DNA of 64,000 nucleotides from Candidatus Limnocylindrales bacterium (GTDB taxonomy: Bacteria > Chloroflexota > Limnocylindria > Limnocylindrales > CSP1-4), in contig JBEKPL010000001.1 in NCBI GenBank assembly GCA_049520815.1, positions 2,847 to 66,846 of the forward strand, given 5' to 3'. Shown in pieces: positions 9,365 through 19,230 of the stretch; the stretch's first letter is position 1; each line of letters opens with the position of its first letter. A model generated the notes under the pieces. The model was not told the DNA's origin. It searched no databases and saw nothing but the letters and a program-made list of their open reading frames with translations. A program made the position numbers and the translations under genes.

Positions 9365-10957
9365 ATGCATCTCGTGCTTCCGGGACCCGCGCCGGGTCGA
9401 TCCCACGCAGCGCGCGTCGCAGTCCTGAGCCTGGCCGCCCTGGCCGTGGCCACGATCGCGATCGCCCTGCTGCGGGCGGCGACCCACGTCACCTACCCCG
9501 CCCCGGTGTACCTGCTGGCCGTGCTCGCCGTCGGCATGCGGTATGGAACGGTGCCGGCGATGCTGACTTCCGTCGGCGCCTTCCTCCTGTACGACTTCCT
9601 GTTCGTCGAGCCTCTCTACGCCCTGACCATCCGCAACCCGGACGAGTGGCTGAACCTGCTCCTGCTCCTTGCGGTGGCCGCGGTCATCGGCCGCCTGGTC
9701 GCGCTCCAGACCGAGCGGGCCAGCGAGGCCGCAGACCGGGCCCGCGAGGCCGAGGCATTGCATGCCGTCACCGAGGTCCTGGCCGCCACCCGGACGGTAG
9801 ACGAGGCAGCGCCTGCGGTGGTCTCCCGGCTGGAGCGGCTGACGGCGATGGATCGGGTCTGGTTCAGCCTTGGCGCCACGCCGACGGACGAGCGCGTGCT
9901 CGCCGACACGGACCCGAATGCCCCGCTGCCGGTTCCCGGCTGGCAGGTGGTGCTGCAGCGCGGGCCGGATGGGCAGACGCGGTGGGCCCGCACCCACGTG
10001 GGCCTCGGCGCCGCCTGGCGCGCCCCTCGGGCCGCTCTTCACCGGGTCCGCGTCGAGGTCGCCGGCGAGAACCTGGGATCGATCTGGGCCCTCCGTGCCC
10101 GCGGCGAGCGCGAACCGGACCGGGCCGAGACGCGCGTGCTATCCGCCGCCGCCGACCAGCTGGGCCAGGCCGTGGTCCGAGACCGGCTCGCCCGCGAGGC
10201 GACCACCGCGGAGATCGCACGGGAGAGCGAAGCCCTCAAGACCGCCCTCCTGGACTCCGTTTCCCACGACCTGCGCACGCCCCTGGCCACGATCCGGGCT
10301 GCCGCCGGCAGCATGCTCGATCCACAGGTCGCCTGGTCGGCTGAGGAGCAGCGCGATGCCTTCCGGGCCATCGATTCGGAGGCCGAACGAATGGGCCGGC
10401 TGGTCCGCAACCTCCTCGACCTCAGCCGGATCGAAGGCGGAGCCCTCCAGCCGGAGCTCGAGCCGTGCGATCTCGACGACCTGGTGCCCCAGGTGGCCAG
10501 GCGCGCCGCCGGCGCCACGACCAAGCAGGTGCGCGTGGAGCTGCCCGACTCGCTGCCGCCGGTGCTGGCCGATGAGTTGTACCTGAACCAGGTACTGGCC
10601 AACCTGCTGGAGAACGCCATTCGCCACGGCGGCGACACGATCCGCGTGCGGGGCGCCCATCGGCCGGACGGGCTGGTCGAGATCAGCGTCGAGGACGACG
10701 GACCGGGCGTGCCCGCTTCCGCCCTGCCGCACCTGTTCGAGAAGTTCTACCAGGCCGGGCCCCCCGGCGAGAGCAAGAGACGCGGCATGGGCATCGGCAT
10801 GACCGTGGTCGAGGGCCTGACGCGGGCCATGCGCGGCGAGGTCTCAGCGAGCCGCAGCGAATTCGGCGGCTTGCGTGTGGACGTGCGGCTGCACCCCGCG
10901 CTCGTGCCGGACGACGCCGCCGGGCCGACGACGGCGACCGAGAAGGCCACGCCATGA
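9365..10957 (+). CDS. KdpD C-terminal-type sensor histidine kinase (DUF4118 TM domain + GAF-like + HisKA + HATPase); lacks the KdpD N-terminal/Usp domains
   Basis: The LLYDFLFVEPLY segment marks the KdpD TM domain. The H-box is SHDLRTPLATI. The GMGIGMTVVEGL segment marks the HATPase G2 box. The first ATG after the divergent permease is at 9365 (MHLVLPG…). The stop overlaps the kdpE start (ATGA). Confidence 0.8.
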   Translation: MHLVLPGPAPGRSHAARVAVLSLAALAVATIAIALLRAATHVTYPAPVYLLAVLAVGMRYGTVPAMLTSVGAFLLYDFLFVEPLYALTIRNPDEWLNLLLLLAVAAVIGRLVALQTERASEAADRAREAEALHAVTEVLAATRTVDEAAPAVVSRLERLTAMDRVWFSLGATPTDERVLADTDPNAPLPVPGWQVVLQRGPDGQTRWARTHVGLGAAWRAPRAALHRVRVEVAGENLGSIWALRARGEREPDRAETRVLSAAADQLGQAVVRDRLAREATTAEIARESEALKTALLDSVSHDLRTPLATIRAAAGSMLDPQVAWSAEEQRDAFRAIDSEAERMGRLVRNLLDLSRIEGGALQPELEPCDLDDLVPQVARRAAGATTKQVRVELPDSLPPVLADELYLNQVLANLLENAIRHGGDTIRVRGAHRPDGLVEISVEDDGPGVPASALPHLFEKFYQAGPPGESKRRGMGIGMTVVEGLTRAMRGEVSASRSEFGGLRVDVRLHPALVPDDAAGPTTATEKATP

Positions 10958-11694
10958 GCGGTCCCGCGCTGCTGATCGTCGAAGACGAGGAACCCGCTCG
11001 TCGCGCCCTGACCGACTACCTGGAGCGTCGCGGCTATGAGGTCTACGAGGCGGCGACGGCTCTGGAGGCGATGCGCCAGTGGGACGCCCACCGCGCCGAT
11101 CTGGTCCTGCTCGACCTGGGCCTGCCCGACCTCGACGGAGTGGACGTCATCCGGCGTATCCGTCGCGAGGCCACCACGCCGATCATCATCCTGTCCGCCC
11201 GCGGCGACGAGCGCGACAAGATCTCCGGCCTGGAGGCCGGCGCGGACGACTACCTGACGAAGCCCTTCGCCACCGACGAGTTGAACGCCCGAATCCGGGC
11301 CGTCCTCCGGCGGGCCGGCGGTCCCGATGCCGACGCCGGGGGCTGCCTGAGGCTCGGCCCGATCGAGCTCGATGCGGTGCGCTGGGAGGTCCGCGTTTCG
11401 GGCGAGCTGGTACGCCTCACGCCCCGCGAGTACGAGTTGCTCAAGGTCATGTTGTCAAATCAGGGCCGCCTCCTTACCAAGGCCCGGCTGCTGCGCGCGG
11501 TCTGGGGCCTGGCCTACGCCGACGAGAGCGCCTACCTCCACGTCTACGTGAATCGGCTCCGCCGCAAGCTCTCGGCCGCGGCACCGGCCACTTCGCTGGA
11601 GGGCCTGATCGAGACGGAGCCCGGCATCGGCTACCGCATCGCCGACCACGAGTCGCTGGGCGAGTTGCCGCCATCAGGTGCGGTGGCGCGGTGA
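10954..11694 (+). CDS. kdpE: OmpR-family response regulator KdpE
   Basis: It has a receiver domain (LLIVEDEE…DLVLLDLGLPDLDG) and a winged-helix domain (LTPREYELLKV…YLHVYVNRLRRKL). It is translationally coupled to the upstream kinase. Confidence 0.85.
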   Translation: MSGPALLIVEDEEPARRALTDYLERRGYEVYEAATALEAMRQWDAHRADLVLLDLGLPDLDGVDVIRRIRREATTPIIILSARGDERDKISGLEAGADDYLTKPFATDELNARIRAVLRRAGGPDADAGGCLRLGPIELDAVRWEVRVSGELVRLTPREYELLKVMLSNQGRLLTKARLLRAVWGLAYADESAYLHVYVNRLRRKLSAAAPATSLEGLIETEPGIGYRIADHESLGELPPSGAVAR

Positions 11695-11847
11695 GATCAG
11701 GGGCTCAAGTCCCCTTGGGGGCACCCAGCCTGTGCAGGTTCGAGCGGCGGGACTACCTCGCGACCACCTGGGCCCGCGGCAGCCAGCCGAGCGACCGACC
11801 CGGGCTAGCCACGCGGATCGGTCGCCCTGGCGTGCGTTCCGGCCGAT

Positions 11848-11871
11848 TCGTTTAGACCGCGTTTAGCGATC
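11848..11871 (+). promoter_or_regulatory. direct repeat CGTTTAG-N5-CGTTTAG upstream of the hypothetical/CheY/kdpFABC genes (candidate response-regulator box)
   Basis: CGTTTAG occurs at 11848 and 11860 with a 12-nt period. The 14-mer TAGACCGCGTTTAG (11854-11867) is identical to 44651-44664. Confidence 0.25.
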
Positions 11872-11923
11872 TGGTCCCATCGGACACCGGCCGCCTCTTG
11901 GGGGGCCGGGCAATCCTTGTGAC

Positions 11924-12193
11924 ATGGAACGCCACGCCGCCCGCGAGAATGCGGCTCTCGACCCGGAGGAGACCCGGCGCCGGCTGACCTCGGAGGTCGC
12001 CGAGGTCGAGAGCGCCATGGCTCTCGTGGCGTCGGGCTCGGCCACGCGCATCACCCTTGCCGGCCTGAGGTTCGGCGGGCAGCTAGCGGAGCGCTTCTCC
12101 GCGATCGCCCGGTTGAAGGGCCTGCGCCTCGAACCGCTGCCCTGGCCCGACGACTCGGGCTGCGACCTGGTCGTGCGGAGGAGCGATGAATAG
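11924..12193 (+). CDS. hypothetical protein (89 aa)
   Basis: The ORF has GC-typical codon use. Its 3' end overlaps the start of the following receiver gene by 8 nt. No family was recognised. Confidence 0.35.
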   Translation: MERHAARENAALDPEETRRRLTSEVAEVESAMALVASGSATRITLAGLRFGGQLAERFSAIARLKGLRLEPLPWPDDSGCDLVVRRSDE

Positions 12194-12611
12194 CGGGATG
12201 CTCTCGGCCCGAGTCTTGCTGATCGAGGACGATCTCGACCTGGCCGGCATCGTCGTCCGCCATCTGCGGGCGCGCGGCCACGACGCGCGTCTAGCCTCCT
12301 CCGCCGAGGACGCCGAAGACCAGCTCCGGGCGGGCTTTCGCCCGACCGTCGTCCTGCTGGACATCAACCTGCCGGGCGCCTCCGGCTGGGACCTCCTCCG
12401 CTCCGACCGGCTGCGCGCCGCCGGATCACCCGCGGTCTACGTCGTCAGCGCCACGTCCGTGCCGCCGGCTCGCCTGCGCGAATTCGACGTCGCGGGCTTC
12501 CTGCCCAAGCCGTTCGCCCTGCCGACCCTGATCGAGATCGTCGAGCGCGCAGGTCGTGAAGCCCCGGACGGCGGGGGATCCAGCTCACCGGAGGATACCG
12601 ATGCCTTCTGA
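12186..12611 (+). CDS. stand-alone CheY-like receiver-domain protein
   Basis: The sequence VLLIEDDLDLAGIV…VVLLDINLPGASGWDLL…FLPKPF is a receiver fold with no output domain. It is inserted between kdpE and kdpF. Confidence 0.7.
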   Translation: MNSGMLSARVLLIEDDLDLAGIVVRHLRARGHDARLASSAEDAEDQLRAGFRPTVVLLDINLPGASGWDLLRSDRLRAAGSPAVYVVSATSVPPARLREFDVAGFLPKPFALPTLIEIVERAGREAPDGGGSSSPEDTDAF

Positions 12612-12693
12612 CTTCGCGTTCGTCGTTCTGATCCTGGCCGGTGGCCTCTTCTTCGGGGGCTTCATCTGGCTGTGCGACAGGTTGGCCCGATGA
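12601..12693 (+). CDS. small hydrophobic peptide (30 aa), possible second KdpF-like peptide
   Basis: The peptide is MPSDFAFVVLILAGGLFFGGFIWLCDRLAR, a single TM helix. Its ATG overlaps the receiver-gene stop. Its TGA overlaps the kdpF ATG (ATGA). Confidence 0.25.
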   Translation: MPSDFAFVVLILAGGLFFGGFIWLCDRLAR

Positions 12694-12779
12694 ACGTCCA
12701 GGACCTCCTCGGCGGCCTGATCGCCCTCTTCGTGGGCCTCTATCTGCTCTTCAGCCTCCTTCGCGCGGAAAGGTTCTAG
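12690..12779 (+). CDS. kdpF: K+-transporting ATPase subunit F
   Basis: The 29-aa peptide is MNVQDLLGGLIALFVGLYLLFSLLRAERF. It ends in the KdpF-typical …L(R/P)(A/E)E(K/R)F. The kdpA ATG follows immediately at 12780. Confidence 0.6.
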   Translation: MNVQDLLGGLIALFVGLYLLFSLLRAERF

Positions 12780-14504
12780 ATGATCCCCTCCGTTCCCGGG
12801 CTGATCCAGGCCTTCGTTCTCTTCGCTGCCGCAATCCTGCTGGCGCGGCCGCTGGGCGGGTACATGCGCAAGGTCATGGAGGGCGAGCGCACCTTCCTGT
12901 GGCCCGTGCTGCGGCCGGTGGAGCGCGGCATCTACCGCCTGATGCGCGTGGACGAGACGCAGGAGCAGCGTTGGACCGCCTACGCGGTCTCGGTGATCGT
13001 CTTCTCTCTCGTCTGCATCCTGGCCCTCTACCTCCAGCAGCGGCTGCAGGGATCCTTGCCCCTGAATCAGGCAGGAATGGGCCCCGTCTCGCCGGACCTC
13101 GCCTACAACACGTCGGTCTCCTTCGACACCAACACCAACTGGCAGAACTACGCCGGCGAGACGACGATGACGTTACTGACCCAGATGGCCGGGCTGGCGG
13201 TCCGCAACTTCGTCTCGGCGGCCACCGGCATCGCCATCGCCATCGCCCTGACGCGCGGCCTGGTCCGGCACTCGTCGAAGACGATCGGCAACTTCTGGGT
13301 CGACCTCACCCGCGGCACGCTCTACATCCTGCTGCCGATATCGTTCGTGGCCGCGCTCTTCCTGGTCTCGCAGGGCGTCGTCCAGACCTTCGCCGCATCG
13401 ATCGACGCGACCACGCTGCAGGGCACGCACCAGTCGATCCTGACCGGGCCGATCGCCTCGCAGGAGGCGATCAAGGAGCTGGGCACCAACGGCGGCGGCT
13501 TCTTCAACGCCAACTCGGCGCACCCCTTCGAGAACCCGACAGCGCTCTCGAACTGGTTCGAGATGCTGCTGATCCTGATCATTCCGTTCGCCCTGACGAA
13601 CACGTTCGGCCGGATGGCCGGCGACGCGCGCCAGGGCTGGGCGTTGCTCGCGGTCATGGTCATCGTGCTGAGCGTCGGCGCCTTCGTCGCCATGGGTAGC
13701 GAGGAGCGATCCAACCCCTCCATCCCTGCCGCGGTCGCCCAGAACATCGATCAGTCCGCCGGGAACATGGAGGGCAAGGAGACTCGCTTCGGGCCCGACA
13801 CCAGCGGCCTCTTCGCCACGGTCACGACCGGCACGAGTACCGGCGCTGTCGACTCCATGCACGACAGCTTCCTGCCCGTCGGCGGCCTGGTGCCGCTCTT
13901 CAACATCGAGCTGGGTGAGATCGTCCCGGGCGGCGTCGGGGCCGGCCTGTACGGCATCCTCATCTTCGCCATCCTGGCCGTCTTCATCGCCGGGCTCATG
14001 GTTGGCCGCACGCCCGAATACCTGGGCAAGAAGATCGAGGCCTACGAGATGAAGATGGCGATGCTCGTCGTCCTTTCTCTGGCCTTCAGCATCCTGGTCT
14101 TCACCGCGATAGCCACGGCCACACCCGCGGGGAAGGCGGGGCCGCTGAACGGCGGCCCGCACGGCTTCAGCGAGATCCTGTACGCCTACTCGAGCCAGAC
14201 CGGCAACAACGGCTCCGCATTCGCCGGGCTCGCCGGCAACACGCTCTTCTACAACGTGACCGGCGCATTCGCGATGCTGATCGGGCGGTACGCCATGATC
14301 GTGCCGATCCTGGCCATCGCCGGCTCGCTGGCCGCCAAACGGCGCGTGGCGCCGTCCCTTGGCACCTTCCCCACCACCGGCCCGATCTGGATCGGCCTGC
14401 TGATCGGCGTGATCGTCATCGTCGGCGCGTTGACCTTCTTCCCCGCCCTGGCGCTCGGCCCGATCGTCGACCAGCTGCTCAACAACGCCGGGAGGCTGTT
14501 CTGA
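12780..14504 (+). CDS. kdpA: K+-transporting ATPase subunit A
   Basis: The 574-aa multi-TM protein has an [16 protein letters not shown]… N-terminus and selectivity-filter-like [18 protein letters not shown], both typical of KdpA. Confidence 0.95.
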   Translation: MIPSVPGLIQAFVLFAAAILLARPLGGYMRKVMEGERTFLWPVLRPVERGIYRLMRVDETQEQRWTAYAVSVIVFSLVCILALYLQQRLQGSLPLNQAGMGPVSPDLAYNTSVSFDTNTNWQNYAGETTMTLLTQMAGLAVRNFVSAATGIAIAIALTRGLVRHSSKTIGNFWVDLTRGTLYILLPISFVAALFLVSQGVVQTFAASIDATTLQGTHQSILTGPIASQEAIKELGTNGGGFFNANSAHPFENPTALSNWFEMLLILIIPFALTNTFGRMAGDARQGWALLAVMVIVLSVGAFVAMGSEERSNPSIPAAVAQNIDQSAGNMEGKETRFGPDTSGLFATVTTGTSTGAVDSMHDSFLPVGGLVPLFNIELGEIVPGGVGAGLYGILIFAILAVFIAGLMVGRTPEYLGKKIEAYEMKMAMLVVLSLAFSILVFTAIATATPAGKAGPLNGGPHGFSEILYAYSSQTGNNGSAFAGLAGNTLFYNVTGAFAMLIGRYAMIVPILAIAGSLAAKRRVAPSLGTFPTTGPIWIGLLIGVIVIVGALTFFPALALGPIVDQLLNNAGRLF

Positions 14505-16738
14505 TGGCCGTCGAGATCGCCGGCGGCCTCCGCCGCGGACTCATCTCGCCGTCTGTGGTCGACACCGCTCGCGGGACCCGCCGCGTCGCCCGCGAGGAGC
14601 GCCAGGCTCGGGCCGGCGGCGCCTCCGGCGGTCCGCGCCAGCGCGGGATCTTCGAACCCGCGCTGCTCCGCGGAGCGCTCGGGCCGGCCGTCCGCAAGAT
14701 GAGCCCGCGTCAGCTCGCCAAGAACCCGGTCATGTTCGTGGTCGAGGTGGCGGCCGCTCTGGTGACCCTCGTCCTCGTCTCGGACTTCCTGGGGCTGAGC
14801 ACGGCCGCCCCGGGCGAGGTCGGCCGATCGGTCGGCTTCGAGCTGCAGATCGCGATCTGGCTGTGGTTCACCGTCTACTTCGCCACGTTCGCCGAGGCCC
14901 TGGCCGAGGCGCGCGGCAAAGCCCAGGCGGCCAGCCTGCGCAAGACGCGATCGGAGACGCTGGCCCACCGCCGCCTGCCCGACGGCACCCTCGAGGACGT
15001 GGGCTCGTCGGCGCTTTGCTCCGGCGACATCGTCGTGGTGCGCGATGGCGAGACGATCCCCGGAGACGGTGACGTCATCGAAGGCGTGGCCTACGTCAAC
15101 GAGGCGGTCATCACCGGCGAGTCCGCCCCCGTTCTCAAGGAGCCGGGCACGGACATCCGCAGCACGGTCACGGGCGGGACCACTCTTGTCAGCGACACGC
15201 TGACGGTGCGCATCACCGCCAACCCTGGCGAGACCTTCCTCGACCGAATGATCGCCCTGGTGGAGGGCGCCAAGCGGCAGCGGACGCCGAACGAGATTGC
15301 CCTCTCGATCCTGCTATCCGGATTGACCCTGGTCTTCCTGCTCGCCACGGCGACCCTGCGGCCCTTCGGCTTGTACGCCGGCGCCCCGCTGGGGATCGTG
15401 GTCCTGGTGGCGCTGCTGGTCTGCCTGATCCCGACGACGATCGGCGGGCTGCTCTCGGCCATCGGCATCGCGGGCATGGATCGAGTGGCCCGCTTCAACG
15501 TCCTGGCCATGAGCGGCCGGGCCGTGGAAGCGGCCGGGGACGTGGACGTGATCCTGCTCGACAAGACGGGCACGATCACCTACGGCAACAGGCTCGCGTC
15601 GCGGATCGTGCCCCTCCCCGGAGTGACGGAGAGGGAGGCCGTGGAGGCGGCCCTGCTCACGTCGCTGGCCGACGACACGCCCGAAGGACGCTCCATCGTG
15701 GAGCTGGCGCGCCGCCGCCTCGAGGAGCTCGGGGAGCGCAAGAAGCCCAGGGTCGCGCGATCGACCGTCGCGCCGGCCGGACCCGTCGTCGGGAAGCCAC
15801 CCTCGGTGGCCGAGGTGATCCCCTTCTCCGCCGAGTCGCGGACGAGTGGCGTGATCCTGGCCGACGGCACGGTCGTGCTTAAGGGCGCCGTGGACGCCAT
15901 TCGAGCGGCGCTGGATGGCGAGATCCCCCCTGAGTTGGCGACCCTCTCCGACGAGATCGCGGGGCTCGGCGCAACGCCACTGGCGATCCGGCGCGACGGC
16001 CGCGCCCTGGGAGTGATCGAGCTCAAGGACACCGTCAAGCCGGGCCTGCGCCAGCGCTTCGACGAGCTGCGCCGCATGGGCATCCGGACCGTCATGGTCA
16101 CGGGCGACAACCCGCTGACGGCACGCACGATCGCGGAAGAGGCGGGCGTGGACGATTTCATGGCCCAGGCCAAGCCCGAGGACAAGATCGCCCGCATTCG
16201 GGCCGAGCAGGCCGCAGGCCACCTGGTGGCCATGACCGGGGACGGCACCAACGACGCGCCCGCGGTCGCCCAGGCGGACGTAGGCCTGGCCATGAACAGC
16301 GGCACGTCCGCATGCAAGGAGGCCGCCAACATGGTCGACCTCGACTCCGACCCTACCAAACTGATCGAAGTTGTCGCCATCGGCAAGCAGCTGCTGATCA
16401 CTCGCGGCGCCATCACCACCTTCTCCATCGCCAACGACGTGGCCAAGTACTTCGCCATCCTGCCGGCGATGTTCGCGGTGGCCTACCCGGCCCTGAATCA
16501 GCTCAACGTCATGGGCCTGGCGAACCCCCAGAGCGCGATCCTGTCGGCGGTCGTCTTCAACGCCCTGGTCATCATCGCCCTGGTCCCGCTCTCGCTGCGA
16601 GGCGTCGCCTACCGGGCAGCTCCCGCAGCCGAGCTGCTGCGGCGCAACCTGCTCATCTACGGCGTCGGCGGCATGGTCGCCCCCTTCCTGGGAATCAAGG
16701 CGATCGACCTCCTCATCACCGCCGTGCACCTGGCCTAG
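14504..16738 (+). CDS. kdpB: K+-transporting ATPase subunit B (P-type ATPase)
   Basis: It has DKTGTIT (phosphorylation site) and [17 protein letters not shown] (hinge). The start overlaps the kdpA stop. Confidence 0.95.
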   Translation: MAVEIAGGLRRGLISPSVVDTARGTRRVAREERQARAGGASGGPRQRGIFEPALLRGALGPAVRKMSPRQLAKNPVMFVVEVAAALVTLVLVSDFLGLSTAAPGEVGRSVGFELQIAIWLWFTVYFATFAEALAEARGKAQAASLRKTRSETLAHRRLPDGTLEDVGSSALCSGDIVVVRDGETIPGDGDVIEGVAYVNEAVITGESAPVLKEPGTDIRSTVTGGTTLVSDTLTVRITANPGETFLDRMIALVEGAKRQRTPNEIALSILLSGLTLVFLLATATLRPFGLYAGAPLGIVVLVALLVCLIPTTIGGLLSAIGIAGMDRVARFNVLAMSGRAVEAAGDVDVILLDKTGTITYGNRLASRIVPLPGVTEREAVEAALLTSLADDTPEGRSIVELARRRLEELGERKKPRVARSTVAPAGPVVGKPPSVAEVIPFSAESRTSGVILADGTVVLKGAVDAIRAALDGEIPPELATLSDEIAGLGATPLAIRRDGRALGVIELKDTVKPGLRQRFDELRRMGIRTVMVTGDNPLTARTIAEEAGVDDFMAQAKPEDKIARIRAEQAAGHLVAMTGDGTNDAPAVAQADVGLAMNSGTSACKEAANMVDLDSDPTKLIEVVAIGKQLLITRGAITTFSIANDVAKYFAILPAMFAVAYPALNQLNVMGLANPQSAILSAVVFNALVIIALVPLSLRGVAYRAAPAAELLRRNLLIYGVGGMVAPFLGIKAIDLLITAVHLA

Positions 16739-16747
16739 GAGTCATCG

Positions 16748-17326
16748 ATGCGAAGCTTCCTTCGAACCCAGATCTGGCCCGCGGTGGCGGTTCTGCTGGC
16801 GCTGACGATCGTCACCGGCTTCATCTACCCAGCCGTCGTCACTGCCGTCGCGCAGGTGGCCTTTCCATCGCAGGCGAATGGCTCCCAGATCGTGGCCAAC
16901 GGCAAGACCGTGGGCTCCGCCTTGATCGGCCAGACCTTCGACGATCCGAAGTACCTCTGGGGCCGGCCATCGGCTGCCGGCGCCGGCTACGACCCCACGC
17001 TCTCGGGGGGCTCGAACCTTGGGCCGACCTCGCAGGCGCTGATCGACCAGATCAGTAAGCGGGTCGACGCCCTGCGGGCCGCCAATGGTAGCGCACCGAT
17101 CCCGATCGACCTGGTGACAGCCTCGGCGTCTGGGCTTGATCCGGACATCAGCCCCGCGGCCGCCGAGTACCAGATCCCTCGAGTGGCCAGGGCCCGCGGG
17201 ATCAGCGAGGACGCGGTTCGCGCGGTGGTCGCCAGACACACGTCGCAGCCGCTGTTGTGGTTCCTGGGCGAACCGACCGTCAACGTCCTGGCGGTGAACC
17301 TGGACCTGGACGGACTCCTCCGATGA
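16748..17326 (+). CDS. kdpC: K+-transporting ATPase subunit C
   Basis: It encodes 192 aa with an N-terminal TM helix and SASGLDPDISPAAA, which is KdpC-typical. Confidence 0.9.
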   Translation: MRSFLRTQIWPAVAVLLALTIVTGFIYPAVVTAVAQVAFPSQANGSQIVANGKTVGSALIGQTFDDPKYLWGRPSAAGAGYDPTLSGGSNLGPTSQALIDQISKRVDALRAANGSAPIPIDLVTASASGLDPDISPAAAEYQIPRVARARGISEDAVRAVVARHTSQPLLWFLGEPTVNVLAVNLDLDGLLR

Positions 17327-17354
17327 AGTCCACACTCAGACCGGGAGGCCCACG

Positions 17355-18509
17355 ATGACCCACACCGATCTCGAGCCCAAGCGGCCGACCGGCGACGAGA
17401 TGCTCGCCCGCCTGCAGGCCGAGGAGCATCAGGGCCGCGGCCGCCTCCGCATCTACATGGGAATGGCCCCGGGCGTGGGCAAGACCTTCTCGATGCTGGA
17501 AGAGGCGCACCGCCGCCACGACCGGGGGACGGACGTGGTGGTTGGCTTCGTCGAGACGTACGGGCGCCGCCACACGGCCGCGCTGCTGGACGGGCTCGAG
17601 GCCGTGCCTCGCCGCCGGATCGAGTATCGCGGTGTGGTCGTCGAAGAGATGGACACCGACGCGGTGATCGCCCGCCATCCCGCCGAGGCGCTGGTGGACG
17701 AGCTGGCCCACACCAACGCCCCGGGCTCTCCCCGCGAGAAGCGCTGGCAGGACGTGGAGGCCATCCGCGACGCCGGCATCGACGTCATCAGCACCTGCAA
17801 CGTCCAGCACGTCATATCGGTCGCGGACGCCGTCGAGACGATCCTGGGCGTGCCCGTCCGCGAGCGGGTGCCCGACGAGGAGGTCCGGTCCGCCGAGGAG
17901 ATCGAGCTTGTCGACATGAGCCCGCACGCGCTGCGGCAGCGGATGCGCCACGGCAACGTCTACCCGCCCGATAGGGCCGCGATTGCGCTGGAGCGCTTCT
18001 TCACCGAGCCGAACCTGATGGCCCTGCGAGACCTGAGCCTGCGGTTCGTAGCCGGTCAGGTGGACCAGGAGCTAGAGGGGATCGTGGCACGCCAGGGTCT
18101 CGGGCTGCCATCGGTCGCCGAGCGGGTCATGGCCGTTGTCGACGAGTCGCCGGGATGCCGGCGCGGGCTGCGTCGCGCCTCCTCGCTCGCCAGCGTCTTG
18201 CGGGCGCCCTGGATCGCGGTGGCCGTCGAGACGCCAGCAGTGCAGCAGTCGCGCGACCGCCGGCAGAACCTGCAGGCCAACGTGGACTACGCGACGGATC
18301 TGGGCGCCGAGATCATCCGGGGCGAAGCATCGGATCTGGGCAGAGGGTTGGCGGAGGTCGCCCGTGACCGTCGCATCAGCCACGTCGTCCTGGTTCACCG
18401 GCCCCATCGCGGGCTCGGCCTGGGTCGTCCCTCGCTCGCGGACCGCCTCCTGGACGAGATCCCGGGGCTGGAGATCCACCTTGTCGGCGAGCCGGTGAGC
18501 AACCGATAG
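17355..18509 (+). CDS. kdpD: KdpD N-terminal sensor domain + universal stress protein (Usp) domain, stand-alone (no TM or kinase domain)
   Basis: The sequence RGRLRIYMGMAPGVGKTFSMLEEA (Walker A) …DVISTCNVQH… is typical of the KdpD N-terminal (PF02702-type) domain. The C-terminal half is Usp-like. The protein is 384 aa and ends before any TM segment. Confidence 0.85.
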   Translation: MTHTDLEPKRPTGDEMLARLQAEEHQGRGRLRIYMGMAPGVGKTFSMLEEAHRRHDRGTDVVVGFVETYGRRHTAALLDGLEAVPRRRIEYRGVVVEEMDTDAVIARHPAEALVDELAHTNAPGSPREKRWQDVEAIRDAGIDVISTCNVQHVISVADAVETILGVPVRERVPDEEVRSAEEIELVDMSPHALRQRMRHGNVYPPDRAAIALERFFTEPNLMALRDLSLRFVAGQVDQELEGIVARQGLGLPSVAERVMAVVDESPGCRRGLRRASSLASVLRAPWIAVAVETPAVQQSRDRRQNLQANVDYATDLGAEIIRGEASDLGRGLAEVARDRRISHVVLVHRPHRGLGLGRPSLADRLLDEIPGLEIHLVGEPVSNR

Positions 18510-18525
18510 CCGCCCGAAGCACTCC

Positions 18526-19230
18526 TCACTCCGCGACGACGCGGTACCCCACCCCCGGCTCGGCGACGATGAGCTTGGCCGCGGCGCCGGACGGATCTGC
18601 GGCGGCGAGCTTGCGGCGCAGGCGGCTGACGTAGACGTGGAGGTAGTGGCCCTCGTCCGAGTAGGCGGTACCCCAGACCGCACGGAGGAGCCGGCCCGCC
18701 GTCACGACGCGCCCGGGCTGCGAGAGCAGCACTTTGAGCAGCTCGAACTCGCGCGGGGTCAGCTCCACCGGGGTCTCCCCCACCCTGACCTCGTGGTGCG
18801 GCACGTCCAGCACCACCGGTCCGAGCCGCAGTCGGCCCTCCGTATCCGCACCAGGCCCGGCCGCCCGGCGTAGCAGCGCCCGCATTCGGGCGTGCAGCTC
18901 CGATAGCCCGAACGGCTTGGTCAGGTAGTCGTCGGCGCCGGCATCGAGGGCCGCCACTCGATCCTCCTCCCGGCCGCGGGCCGAAACCACGATGATCGGT
19001 GTGGTGGCCTCGCGGCGAACACGCCGGATGACGGCCTGGCCGTCGAAATCGGGCAAGCCCAGGTCGAGCAGGATCAGGTCCGGCCGGCGGATGTCCCAGA
19101 GGCGGAGCGCCTCGCGCACGTCGCCGGCCTCGTCTACCTCGTGGCCCCGAGCCCGGAGGTTGGTGGCGATCGCGGCCCTGGCCGCCTCGTCGTCCTCGAC
19201 GATCAGGACGACGGCCGCCCCGTCGCTCAC
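18526..19230 (-). CDS. OmpR-family response regulator, KdpE paralog
   Basis: This is the C-terminal 234 aa of ORF 18526..20214 (VSDGAAVVLIVEDDEAARA…YLHVYVSRLRRKL). The GTG start overlaps the upstream kinase stop (GTGA). Confidence 0.8.
   Translation of the reverse strand: MSDGAAVVLIVEDDEAARAAIATNLRARGHEVDEAGDVREALRLWDIRRPDLILLDLGLPDFDGQAVIRRVRREATTPIIVVSARGREEDRVAALDAGADDYLTKPFGLSELHARMRALLRRAAGPGADTEGRLRLGPVVLDVPHHEVRVGETPVELTPREFELLKVLLSQPGRVVTAGRLLRAVWGTAYSDEGHYLHVYVSRLRRKLAAADPSGAAAKLIVAEPGVGYRVVAE

Noticed and set aside
9217-10344. 375-aa plus-strand ORF, together with the long ORFs 13173..14162(-), 15314..16729(-), 15580..16458(-), 19560..21488(+) and 20984..22294(-)
   Set aside because: All are out-of-frame or antisense overlaps of kdp, kinase or DUF2029 genes. 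They have homopolymeric Arg/Gly/Pro/Asp composition and lack motifs.
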